This document shows positions 13,271-25,416 of a stretch of 64,000 bases of DNA, in pieces. The translations under genes and the position numbers were made by a program. Within the stretch, counting starts at the first letter, position 1. Every line of letters starts with the position of its first letter. Source of the DNA: Negaprion brevirostris (lineage: Eukaryota); contig JARDVH010000042.1 of the NCBI GenBank assembly GCA_030324005.1, positions 39,582,164 to 39,646,163 of the forward strand, written 5' to 3'. A model generated the notes under the pieces. That model did no database searches, was not told where the DNA came from, and was given only the letters and a program-made list of their open reading frames with translations.

Positions 13271-13935
13271 AGTCAGCCTGCTTCATTCTAGCAAGTGAGA
13301 ATAAAAAGTAATTAGTTCTCCTTCTCCCTTTTCTGGTTGCTTGTCCTGCTGCACATGCTCTCTGTTCATTCTTCGAGTCAAACTATATTCCAAGGGGATA
13401 TCAGTACACCAACATTTGGGAGCATCTGCTTGTGCAGAAGCCTGGATGTCAGCAAACATTTCTGGAGTACTTGTTTTGCCACTTCTTATTATCTTTGGTA
13501 ACTTTAAATTAACATCGAAAACACAAAACACTTGTAGAATCAAAGAAACAGCCAGGAAAAATCAACCAGTAAAGTAACCTGAAAGTTGTTGTTGTGTATC
13601 TATAGCTCTTTTATAACATCTAAAGAAAGCTAATTACAGTAATTCTCGTTCTCTTTTGAGTTCTCAATCCCAGTGAATACATATATGGTACACAAAACAA
13701 AAACGTGTCAGATGTTGGTTAAATGACTGGCCGGAGAACTCAAAAAGTATTCTGCATAGATCATTCTTCTCACTGGAAGGAAAGGCAATCCTGCCAAGAA
13801 AATTATTTATTTTGAGCGCTGCCAACTCAGAAGGGCCCAAACAAAACCTTAATTTGACTTCATTTTGCCAGGACAAGACTCCACCTGTGAAGGCCAGAAT
13901 AGAGGGGAAGATGAATAAGACCATACAAGAGTCCA

Positions 13936-14366
13936 GGGGCAGAATTCTCCCAAAAAACAATCAAGTGTTGCAATGGTGAGAATAACAGAGCGATCTATGC
14001 TGGTCTCTCAGGCACGCTCAGCACCACAATCCTCACACACTCTGTCACTTTTTTTGGAGAGTTGAAGTTTTGTGTCGGCACGGAAGGATAGGGGATACCT
14101 AAGCACACCAGTGAGCCCAGCTTCAGAGCACTCAATACTATTTCGCAAGGACACTGCCCAGCTGTCACTGTTGGAATGTCTGGTGGTTACTCCTTGGCTG
14201 TCTAGTCGGCACTGCAGGGGCACCGGTAGGCACTGCCAGGTAATCCAGTGGGCATCGCCAAGTGGAAACTTAGGCGCCGGGCACAAAATTGACTTTTAGG
14301 CAGCATGCTATTTTCTGGGATTGGCGCAATTTGTGTCAGGCGCAGCAAGGCTGGAGAATTGCTTCC
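13936..14366. mobile_element. MITE with GGGC(A/G)GAATT-type terminal inverted repeats
   Basis: GGGGCAGAATTCTCC ... GGAGAATTGCTTCC; same family as 27175-28313 in opposite orientation. Confidence 0.65.
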
Positions 14367-15273
14367 TGCCAGTCTACAAAATCAGGTAAGCCTACATAGT
14401 ACTCCAACCAAAGGTTGCAAAGAGGTTTTCCAGCTGGAGAATTCAAAATGGACATTGAGGAAAGGGATCACTTGACAGAGGATCATGAGGACAATGCTAT
14501 CCAAGAATAGACTGCTGATGTAACATCAGAGCACCATGGAAATTATGAGTATCATAGCAGAGTTCCTGCTGCAGGGGTACAGTTATCATGTGTTGTTAGA
14601 GAATTGAATAGTTGTTGCTCTGATTGTTACTGATGTATGTTTACAATAATAAAGAAAGCTTAGATGGTGTTTCTGGATTTGGCCCACTGGCCACTAACTA
14701 TTCACAATAACTCAGTTCTGACTTCTGGTTGTTGCTGGATTTGCTTAGTAAAACCTGGAAGGCTGTCTATATCATAAAGTTAAGAACTACGTGGGTCTCC
14801 CCGACATCCAAATACCTAGTGCCGTCCCTTAGCCTGTGGTGAATTGTTGGATTTTGACCTATGGATGTGCCAAGTAGAGATACAAAAATGCAGTCAATAA
14901 AGGCATTCCAGCCCTGGTGGAGGGACAGATCCTGCCTGGTATTGAACCTGAGAACTGTAAACTGCTTGAAATCCAAACTGGCAAACACTGGTGTTAACTC
15001 GGCATTGCATACAAATTGTTTTCATGATCTGTCTGCTTTGCATACTTTGGCTGCCACTCACTGTACATGTTAATGCCCTCACTAAACAAAATGGCATATG
15101 GTGGGACTCACTGCAAAATTGCACACATGTGCTGTGAAAACCGTGAACAGGATTTGGATTGCTCACCTCCACTCTCATCTATATCTGGGAGTGAAATCCA
15201 GCTTCAATTTGGACACCAGAGATTGAATTTTAATCCCCTGCCATGCCAAAACATAGCGGGTGCTAAATATAGA

Positions 15274-15897
15274 ACCACCAGATTGAGCGTCATTTTCCCC
15301 ATCTCCATCCTGCTTTTGGGTTATTTACCTGGAGGCAGGATTTTCCAGTTGGCCTCCTGATTCCTGGAGGCAGTGGGGGGAGCCAGTGACAGATTGGGGT
15401 GTGTGGTGGGGGGAGGTGGGGGTGAGGGAGAAGGGGGGGTGTGGTCAGCACTCAGGATTGGCTTAGAAGCCTTCCCTGCTTATCTAGGTGAAATCTCAGT
15501 TGCTGGCTGCCCTGTATAGGTGTTTCCCTACCACTACCAACACCTCCTCTCCTGCCCCCAATCCCTAACAGTGGTGGTCCAGATACAAAGGCCATTTTTA
15601 ATTTAAAATTTGAATAAATTGGAGACAGGGACACACTTCCATTTTGAAGAGCCCTTTCCCTCTTTTACCAGCCATGACATCTTGCATGCTTTCAAGGCCT
15701 CTGATAGATGTTCCAGCTTTGTGCCTGCCCACCATCCTTAATTGGTCAACAGGCCTGTATTCTGACCATTAATTGGTCATTCTGGTGAAAATCTCATTGT
15801 GTGACTGTTTCCCACAGAAAGCAGGCTATTGTGTCGACCCACCCAATTTGAACCTGACAGTGGTGTTCAGGAAACTGCAGGGAAACTTTTGACCCAG
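15274..15897. mobile_element. Degenerate Harbinger-type MITE
   Basis: ggcaggattttcc internal motif, GC-rich core, end ggaaacttttgaccc. Confidence 0.4.
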
Positions 15898-16674
15898 ATG
15901 ACACCTGTACTGATCAGAATTTCATGTAGGTGGTGTTTTCAGTTTTTACTATTTTTTATTCTAGAAATAAAAGGCTTCTGTGTTCTCTGTAAATGTATGG
16001 ATGTGTGAAAAGTTGCTGCTGGCTACACGATCCTTAAATTCAACGATAACTGCTGCTGTGTTATGTTTTTGGCTTTGTATTGATTTGGGATAATTCACAA
16101 GATTTATTGATTAAATTATGGATGTGGTTTTCAGCATATTTTCACTGCAGTTAGTAATGCAACTTAGGTGAATAGCCCCTACGATTTAGAATTACCAGAA
16201 AAAAAACTTCTCATTTTCAGAAGTCATAACCTGTTACGGCAATCAACATTTTTAAGGTGCATGAGAGTGTGAATGATGATTGAATATTCAATGTTTAAAT
16301 ACAAGATGTTGCTTTGTTTTCAATTTAAGATTGTATCCCCTGAGGAATGGGAAAGTTAAGGAAAAAAATGGTAAAATTAATTTTATACATTTTAAACTAC
16401 AAATGTGTAGTGTGGATTCACTTTGAATGAAATATTTGTGTTAAATATAAAAAAAGTTTCAAAGAGTAAAACAGCTTTTGCAACTGTTATTGTGTGAGTA
16501 ACTTTACCCCAGCCTCCGTACTTCCACAAGCAAGAAAATAGTAACTTCTGATTGCCACATTTCATTGCTACTTGCTGTACTATAATCTTTAAAGAAGTTG
16601 GTCTCACACCTTTAGAGTTTCAATCTGCCTTTAAGTCCAACTACCAAGCCTTTTTCTAAATCAGAACTGCCATA

Positions 16675-17300
16675 TCATAAGACGTGGGAGCAGAAGCAGG
16701 CCATTCAGTCCATTGAGTCTGCTCTGTCATTCAATGAGATCATGACGGATCTGATATCAACTCCCGTCTTACCCCCATAATCCTTATTCCTTTAAAAATC
16801 TGTCTATCTCAGCCTTGAACATACTTAATGACCCAGCCTCTACAATCCCCTGTGCTGAAGAATTTCACAAATTCACTACTGTCTGAGAGAGCTCACCTCT
16901 GTCTTAAAGGGTGATCCATTACTCTGAGATTATCATCAGAATTTTATTGGAACACCTGCCCCGGAATCGAGACAAGTGAATCTCGCAGAATGGCATTCTC
17001 TGTTGACCGTGGACGGGATCTTACGAGCCTCAGGCAGGCGAAGTGGTAAAATTCCGGTCTCTGTCTCTGGACCTAGGCTCTCTCATAATGGGAAACAACT
17101 TCTCAGTATCTACCCAATCAAGTCCTCTGAGAATCCCATATATCTCAATGAGGTTGCATCTCATTCTTCTAAACTCCAGTGAGTACAGGATCAACCTACT
17201 CAGCCTGTCCTCATAAGGAAGTTCCTCTAACCTGGGATCAACCTAGTGAACCTTATCTTTCTTTAGATAAGGAGACCAAAACTGTTCTAGTATTCCAGGT
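16675..17300 (-). mobile_element. CR1 LINE 3' portion with a short MITE inserted at ~16936-17057
   Basis: Reverse CR1 tail (cataagacgtgggagcagaagcaggcc) and cattcttctaaactcc; MITE cagaatttta...gtaaaattccgg. Confidence 0.75.
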
Positions 17301-17509
17301 ACTTTGATTTTAGGTCCTAAAACAGAGAAAGATCTCCTGTTGGGTGAGTTGCTTAATGTTTACAAAGAACAAAGAACAACACAGCACAGGAAACAGGCCC
17401 TTCAGCCCTACAAGCCTGCGCCACCCATTTTAACACTCAGTGAGTGCCTCATTCCAATCCTTCTTCTACCTACAACTTTTGTCTACATCTCATGGACTCC
17501 ACAATAAAG

Positions 17510-17970
17510 GGGTGCAAATTTAGAGAATTACGAGAAGATAGATTGAAGAGACTGGACTTGTTTTCATTGGAGTTTCGATGAGTGAGGAGTGACTTGACTG
17601 AAATATATAAGATCCTCAACAGTCTCAAAGAGGAGGCTGTTGAAAGGATTTGGATGAATACAGAGAAAGGTAGCCTGATTTGAAAATTGGGGCCGCTCTT
17701 TTAAATCAAATGAGAAACATTCTTTTACGTCTGCTGGTTCTTCTTCGGAACTCTCCGCTTCAAAAGGTGGCAGAAGCAAGCTCACTGAATATTTTTAAAG
17801 CTGAGATAGGTACATTCTTGTTAGGCAAGGGAATCAAAAGGTCAACAGCGGTAAATGGGAATGTGGAATTTAAAACATAAATGGATCAGGCACAATTTTG
17901 TTGAATGGCAGAATAGGTTGGAGGAGCTGAATGGCTTAATTCTGTTCGTAGTTCAAACGTTTGTATTTGT
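17510..17970 (+). mobile_element. CR1 LINE 3' end
   Basis: LDLFSLEF..RSDLTEIYKIL; SLNIFKAEI; tail gttcaaacgtttgtatttgtt. Confidence 0.75.
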
Positions 17971-18555
17971 TCAGGCCTCTATATCACTGAACTCATTCCT
18001 CAGTTAATCGCAACCAATATAAAAGAGCTCTACAACCTCCCCATTTCCCCTGGTAATAGCCCCTTCATGCCAATGTCGCAGACTCAACTGAGATCAGGAT
18101 ACACAGGCACCTTCATCCTGGGTCTGCCTACAGTCCCCGCAATGGCAGCACCCACCACTGAACTATTGCAGAGACTGAGTGAGCTGCAAACTAATCAGAT
18201 TGACCCATATTGCCATGTGCAGCATGTTATTGCTGTGGAGTGGACTTTTTCCTATGACAAGTCGGTTTCCAACTAATATTTTAGTCAGCAAAGTGAGCAG
18301 TAGGCTCACTACATCTTTCTCTTTTCTCCTGCACCTGCCCCACCCCAGTGAAATCCAGCCCCATTAAGAGCTATCAATATTCTTCAGTCATTTTAAACCT
18401 CACTTTTAGACTTGCACTTTTCCAACACCCCTATAAATTGCCGGGCCTTGGTGTCTAAGCCGACCCAGTTATATGCGTGTAGAGAAAGCTCATCTGATAT
18501 ATACTCTTGGGTAATAGCGAGCCAGATTGATAAGTTAAAGCCAATTGATTATTTG

Positions 18556-18679
18556 GCCAGAATTTTACCAACACGCCCAATCCGATTCCAGGGGCAGGCA
18601 AGACTCGGAGAACAGCATTTTCCGTTGGCCTCAGGCAGGATCATACGAACCTCGGGCAGATATGCCAGTAAAATCCTGC
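18556..18679. mobile_element. Short MITE
   Basis: TIRs GGCCAGAATTTTACC ... CAGTAAAATCCTGC; internally similar to 16936-17057. Confidence 0.65.
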
Positions 18680-18696
18680 AGTTTGTGTGCACTTAC

Positions 18697-20225
18697 GGGT
18701 TTTGGGAGGTTCGGTGAACCCTGGTCATCCTCCTTGGTTTTAATTAACACCATACACCCATGTCCTTTAGCCTTGACTTCCAAGGTGTCTTTGTGCTTCG
18801 ACAGAGCTGTAGCCGCTCCTGGTTTGTTGTAAGTATAGGTTACTGACTGAATCCTTGATAACCTATCTTCAATAGCAGAAACTGCCTCCTTCATATGCTC
18901 TGCTGCACCAGATACTTTTAAACCTGTTGGATCTGTCCTGATATATGATATGATGACTTCTTTGTTCTGGATTTCAGGCTGTTCTGTGAGGCTCGAGAAA
19001 CTTTCCATATAGTCTACCTGCATCAATCTGGCAGGAATGAGTTGTGTGATCACTGTCTTATTGTCCAGATAACTAGTTATTATTTTTACAGCATCAGAAA
19101 CAATGTCTGAATATCCTATGATTATTATGGCAGCTTGATTTTTCTCCTCTATGACTCTGCAGCCCGCCTCTTTCGACTTCAAGTCAAATTTCAAATCATC
19201 AAGGAATCTTTTCCATTTGTCACCTTCAGCGACTTTGGTTTGCTCCGGAGTGAAGTTAATCCTTACTTCCTGGAAAAGTTGCTTTATTTTATCTTCTCCT
19301 TTCTTCACATCGGCCTTGAGAGCCACGAGCTCAACAGACTGTCTCTGCACCAACGTGGCCTTGATGCCCTTTTCAACAAAGTGAGTTTGCACAAATTTCT
19401 TGAGTTCTAGCGATTTGATAAAGTCTATTAGATGTGACGACTGATTGAGAGGTTTCCTTTCCAACTGGGACTGAAACTGGCCAATCATTTTGTGGACTTG
19501 GTCAACTTCCTCCTTTAATCCTTTCAGTTTAAAGGCTGGGGGAGCTGTGCCAGTAGACATTTGCACAGAGGAAACAGTGACATTGACATTGCGATGTATG
19601 AACTCCAACTCCTCAAGACTTCCCACTAAAATTTGCTCTTCGACTGTATTCCTTTCAACTTCCAATTCTCTTCCTGCCTTTTCCAACATTTCTTGTAGCC
19701 TTCTGGAAAGGTCCAAAACTTTACTTTCTTCTCCAACAATGATGATCTTATTTTCTGTAGAACAATAAAGAACATCAAAGCCAGGTGCTTTCAGTCCCCT
19801 GCTTTTGTTCTCCACTTTTGCCCACAAATCTTTATCTGCTGGGAAATCTTTAACATCAAATTTCCTGATGAATTTCCAGATTGCCTCTTCAGCGTGCTTC
19901 TTCCAATCCTTAGCAATTTTATAGCATAACAATATATCCATGTCAAAAGAGGGCTTCAGAATCATTTGCTTTGGATTTGGAGAGTCTGTGAAGGTAATGT
20001 TACAATAAACATCCTTTGCAATTTCGTCTAACTCTTTTCTATAGAGATGAGTCTTCTGGATATAGTTTAGAAGTGTGGAATTGATGCTAATATCAAACTG
20101 TTCTGGCTGCTTGATTTCTGGACCATTATTTCTGTACAAAGATAATTGCAGATCGTGGTAATAACGACTAACAGTCAGCTGAAGATCCTTTAGTGAATGT
20201 TTCCTTCCAGTGATTCTCCTTACCA
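18697..20225 (-). CDS. PARP14: Internal coding exon of a PARP14-like mono-ADP-ribosyltransferase (end of RRM3 plus tandem KH-like domains)
   Basis: 509 uninterrupted codons colinear with the PARP14 KH region (LTVSRYYHDLQLSLY...IKQP, W....E.......I..F, IIIVGEESKV, FKLKGLKEEV, KWKRFL, IIIGYSDIV, YNKPGA...HGC); acceptor ttgtgtttttgcag| before 20225 (phase 1) and donor |GTAAGT after 18697 (phase 0). Confidence 0.88.
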
Positions 20226-20445
20226 CTGCAAAAACACAATTAGAAGAAACCAGTTAAGTGAATAGAAATAAATCAGTTTATTATCTATCTTTTATTATTT
20301 ATCTAGCTTGTGTCAACTTGTGACATACTCCAGTCATAATGAAGGGTCAAAAAGGCTCAAAATGGTAATTATGGGCTCTTCTGGTCCCATTGATATCAAC
20401 GTCATTTTTCCGTGGCTCCCACCCTCTACTGATTGGGGAAGGTTT

Positions 20446-20720
20446 AAAGTTTATTTATTAATGTTACAAGTAGGCTTAAGTTAATACAGCACTGAAGTTA
20501 AAAGTTCATTTACTAGTCACAAATAAGGCTTACATTAACATTGCAATGAAGTTACTGTGAAATTCCCCTAGTTGCCACTTTCCAGCACCTGTTCGGGTCA
20601 ATGCACCTAACTAGCATGACTTTCGGACTGTGAGAGGAAACCGGAGCACCTGGAGGAAACCCACACAGACACGAGGAGAATGTGCAAACTCCACACGGAC
20701 AGTCACCCAAGCCAGAAATC
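20446..20720 (-). mobile_element. HE1-like SINE
   Basis: Reverse V-SINE core gaggaaaccggagcacc...tgtgcaaactccacac. Confidence 0.8.
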
Positions 20721-20912
20721 GAATCCATTATTCCACCATGAAATCCTCTCGTTGCCACACTCCAGCGCCTGTTTAGCTACACTGGGTGGGAATTTAGCAT
20801 GGGCAGTGCTTNNNNNNNNNNNNNNNNNNNNNNNNNNNNNNNNNNNNNNNNNNNNNNNNNNNNNNNNNNNNNNNNNNNNNNNNNNNNNNNNNNNNNNNNN
20901 NNNNNNNNNNNC

Positions 20913-21218
20913 CAAAAGGAGGTCATTCGGCCCATCGAGTCAGTACTGACCACAATCCCACCCAGGCACTATTACTGCAGCTCTACATATTTACCCTGCT
21001 AACCCCACGACACTAAATTAGTGTGGCCAATTTAGCATGACCAAGTAACCTGACCCACACATCTTTGGACTGTGGGAGGAAACCAGAGCACCCAGAGGAA
21101 ACCCATGCAGACACGGGTAGAATGTGCAAACTGCACACAGACAGTGACCCAAGGCCGGAATAAACTCCAGGTCCCTGGCACTGTGAAGCAACAGTGCTAA
21201 CCATTGTGCCATCATGCT
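20913..21218 (-). mobile_element. HE1-like SINE
   Basis: Reverse V-SINE core and tRNA head (cagtgctaaccattgtgcc). Confidence 0.85.
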
Positions 21219-22364
21219 GTCCTAATCTAGTCCAACTAATAACCCCAGTGGCAATAACCTGGAACAATGGACTCAGGAACTGCGTTAAATAATATTCTGC
21301 ATTTTGAGGTTGTACCTGTTGTGATAAATATGACCTTGAATATGTCAACAGAATTGTGTCAAGGGGGTTATTCACAATTAATAGACTAAATGACAGAATT
21401 GGTCAAGGATTGCTCGCTAAGAATTGTAAACTGGAGCTGACTTTGTATAGGTTGAGCCTGAGGGATGTAAGAAAAATAAAGTTTAACAGAATGACTAGGA
21501 ATTGCCATGACAAGATTGGCAGGAATAAACAGGATAAATAGAAAACATGTGGGGGCCTGATGAGATAATGAAGAGGCAACTAAAAGTATTGTTGACAAAA
21601 ATTAACAAACAGCAAGTGACAATCTGTGGGAGCATCTGTTAACCACTGAAGAATTAGTAAGGAATCTTGGAAAAATTCAAGCCACACTTAATGAAATAAT
21701 ATGGATGAAAGATAAGGTCAGCCGAAACCAAAACCTTATACAGGCATCATATGCAACTTGTATGCAGTGGTTTGCAATGAATATAATCCAAAAAGGAGCG
21801 GACAGTATAAAAAATAACCCATTCCCTCATTTATCCAAGAAGAACAACTAAAGAAGCAATCAAAGTAATGGGAATGCAGACACTGATTATGATATGGCAC
21901 GTCAAATGGGAATGGCATTCTTAGTCCCAGGCTTTGGGACAAGAACATGATCCCAATGGTTATTGACATTACCCTTGCAAGCAAAGCATGGAAGTCTGCT
22001 TTCGAAAGTGTACTATGAAAAGTGTATTGGATTGATTGACAACAACGTGGGGAACATTCATGTCATCTAGTAAAGAACGGCAAAACTTGGGTAGCATCGG
22101 AATTGGGGCGAACACACTAAGACGCACCACTCTGGTCTACAGGTTTATCATAAATGAAGAATTCCCAACTGTGAGCCAGGGTCAAGGCTCTCAGAGTGGG
22201 AGTGGACTGATATAAAGGCAAGGGAAAGAACGATGTGACAAACACAGAGATGGCATGACTGCTTCATGACTGCTGAGTCAATGAGATCAACATTTTAATA
22301 CAAAATTCTGCATATCCATCACTTAAAAAGCCTAAACCAAAACAATAGCAAAAACTTACATTTC

Positions 22365-22686
22365 ATAGAAACCTACGCTGCAGAAGGAGGCCGTTCAGCC
22401 CATCAAGTCTGCACTGACAACAATTCTACCTCAGCTCTATCTCCATAACCCCAATATTTACCCTGCTAATCCCTATAACCTACACATCCCAGACACTAAG
22501 GGGCAATTTAGCCCCTAACCTGCACTTTTTGGACTGTGGGAGGAAACCAGAGCACCCAGAGGAAACACACGCAGAAATGGAGAGAACATGCAAACTCTAC
22601 ACAGACAGTGACTCAAGCCAGGAATTGAACCCAGATCCCTGGAGCTGTGAGGCAGCAGTGCTAACTATTGCGCTACTATACCACCC
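22365..22686 (-). mobile_element. HE1-like SINE
   Basis: Reverse V-SINE core. Confidence 0.85.
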
Positions 22687-22964
22687 CCAAATTTATTTAG
22701 TGCCTTTAACAAAATAAAATATCTCACAATGCTTTACAGGAACATCATAAGAAAAAATATGACAGAAACAAAATAATCAATGAGGTGAGGTGAGAGAGAC
22801 TGTCTTTAAATCAAGGCACCACTTGACCAAGTTTGGCATCAAGGAGACTTAGTCAATAAAAATCTGGAGCGATTGGATATTGCTGCCTAGGTCAGCATTT
22901 ACTGCCCATCCCTAATTGCTCTTCAGAAGATGGTGATGATCTGCCTTTTTGACCTGCTACAGTC

Positions 22965-23840
22965 TACATGTAGTCCTCAGATATTGAAGCAGTTCATCTC
23001 CATATGCAGAAAACTATGGCAACATTCAGTCTAACTAATAAGTAACATTCACACCAACCACCTGCCAGGTACTGACCATTTCCAATAAGACAGAATGTAA
23101 TCATATCCCTTGACATCCAATAGCATTACCATTGCTGAATCCTCCACTATCAAAATCTTGGGGATTACCATTTAGAGACTCAACTGAACAAGCCATATAA
23201 GAATACCGTTATAAAAACAGATCATACGTTGAAAAGTCTGCAGCAAGTAATTCACCCCCTGTCACCCCAAAGCCTGGCTAGCATCTACAAGGCACAAGTC
23301 AGGAGTTTGATGAAATACACTCACTAATCTGGAAGAGTGCAGCTGCAACAACACTCATGATGCTCAACACCATCCAGAACAAAGCAGCCCGCTGATCGGA
23401 CCCCGCTCACCACTTTAAACACTCACGGTCACCACCATCATTACTCAATGGCAGTTGAGTGTTCCATATACAATAAGCCCTTCGTTTGAGTTTGATTGAT
23501 TCATCTTAATTCACTCCAGTTTAACATCATGGATATAAACGGGCCACATCTGTACTTAGCTTTGAGATTTCTCTTTTAGTGTCATTTCACATTGGGGTCA
23601 TTGTAGCATCCCATGACTCCATCAATGCCACTTTGAAGCACCTCTCTAACTCCCCAACTCTCCTGCTCTCTGTCCCACCTGCTCAGGCCCCTCCTACTCT
23701 ACACCAGATGGACTGCAGCAGTTTGAGAAGGCAGTTCACCACCATTTTCTCAAGGAAAATTAAGAATGAGTCAATGGGAAGCCACATTTCAACAAAAAAA
23801 ATTAAGAACGAGCAATTAAGGCAGCAATGCTCACATTGCA
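22965..23840 (+). mobile_element. LINE (CR1-clade) 3' portion, degenerate
   Basis: Resembles the RT C-terminus IYKAQVRSLMKY...IQNKAA and 3' end gactgcagcagtttgagaaggcagttcaccacc. Confidence 0.65.
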
Positions 23841-24318
23841 AGAAGGAACTGGTGCACCATCTTAATATCACCCAACTCTAAGTGAAACTGCTCTTGGAGA
23901 ATGAGGCAATTCAAGCAATCCCTTATATCATACATTATGTACCTTCCCTATGTCTCAATCCAAATTCCATAATCTATAGCACGAGAATCTCATAAAAGCA
24001 TATAATGTACATGCCACAAGATAATAAACAGATAGATTTAACAATTAAAGAATCAGGAAATCATGAACGGAGGGATATAAATTCCTGGGATAGACTGGAA
24101 CAAATTGGACCAGTGGTTACTTAATTGGTAGTAATAGTACGCACACTGATTATGATGTGTCTTCTTCACAAGAGCATCAAGAAATAAAGGCCTTGAGAAA
24201 TGATGATCAGAACAGCCAAGCTGCTACAAAAAAGTAACCAAAGACAGAGAGCGTATGACAGGAAAGTTAAATTTAATTGATGATTAATTCAACATTCAAA
24301 TGGAAAAATGGTAAGAAC

Positions 24319-24755
24319 TGTTGAAACATGGAGAATAGGAAGGAGGTTTGAGAGAGTTAACTTAGCAATAGCAGATTAAATTAATTGTGGTACAAGGGCA
24401 GGAATTCAATCATGATGAAAGGCAAGTCTAGGCATGAAACAAAATTGCTGAAGGGGAAGCACAATATGAGGTCATGTGGCAGAAGAATGCCAATAGGGGA
24501 GAACAAGGGACTTGCGCGGAACTCATTATCGTGTAAATAGGTTGTGATGTTTAGCTTTTAGTACAATAATACCTGAAGGGATGATTGGTCTAATACCTGA
24601 AGGGCATCTGAATCTGAACAGCGCATGAATATGCTTGATTATACTCTACTTGTGCGACACATCTTCATGCCAAACTTAATAAAGATGATACAAGTAAACT
24701 TTGGTATCTAATCCTTCTGCTTAATTCAACTTCATACTTGAACAACTAATATAAT
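24319..24755 (+). mobile_element. 3' LTR of the env-bearing retroelement
   Basis: Starts TGTTGAA after purine-rich ggaaaaatggtaagaac; contains AATAAA; homologous to 762-1120, which ends TTCAACA (inverted termini). Confidence 0.65.
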
Positions 24756-25147
24756 TAAACCTTAATTTACTTGTGCCTTTACCAATTATTCTTTGCTACA
24801 TTCTGCATAATCATATAAAACATTTTTCTATGATAGACACATTTGTTCCAACTGATGTTGTGAGTGAATTTTCTCTCCACATCTCTTCATCCTCTCAAAT
24901 ATTGTTGAGAACTTCTTATTAACTAATGGATGAAATAATACAGTGACTATCTATCCAAATGAAATAAATTTTAACATTAAACTTTTGGGTGACACCCAGT
25001 CCCGTTTGAGAACTTTAGTTTCAATGTTCCAAATATATTTTGAAAATGATATATTGATGGGGTTTAAATGATATATTGATTGGGTTTAACAATCCTCCTG
25101 TACAGAAAAAAATGTTTTTTTATGAAAATAATTTTTTTAAAAAAACA

Positions 25148-25416
25148 GAGCACTGCTGAAGAGGTGTCTTGTTGAAGTTTTTTGTCTTGCACCCATCAGG
25201 ACAGACAGAAAAATACAAAATTTAGAGGGGACAACTGTTTCTCCATGGCAATGCCCCATCCCATCAGAGTCCATTTTCTAATCAATTAGCGCCCCTCTCT
25301 CATGTAGCATACGCTGTTGTGCAGTATGAACTGTGGTATTCTCACATATATCTGAGTACAGGGGGAAAATCTTTGACAGTTAGTCCTTTTAATCAGCAAT
25401 ACTCAAGTTCTGTACT
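25148..25416. repeat. Dispersed repeat with imperfect long terminal inverted repeats
   Basis: Left end gagcactgctgaagagg..tgttgaagtttt mirrors right end tttgacagttagtccttttaatcagcaatactc; partial copy at ~29547-29632. Confidence 0.45.

Larger units (their letters stand above)
21225..24200 (+). pseudogene. Degenerate env / class I fusion-like glycoprotein gene of an LTR retroelement, interrupted by a SINE and a LINE at ~22345-23880
   Basis: Hand-translated fragments: LNNILHFEVVPVVINMTLNMSTELC (two N-glycosylation sequons); heptad-like NLWEHLLTTEELVRNLGKIQATLNEIIW...CMQWF (21621-21851); hydrophobic LVVIVRTLIMMCLL plus basic HKSIKK (24125-24187), just upstream of a PPT-like tract and an LTR. 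Confidence 0.5.

Noticed and set aside
18631-18696. C-terminal 21 codons and stop of the 531-aa ORF as a true protein end
   Set aside because: They lie after a GTAAGT donor and run into a MITE; the listed GTG start overlaps the splice acceptor, so the ORF is an internal exon
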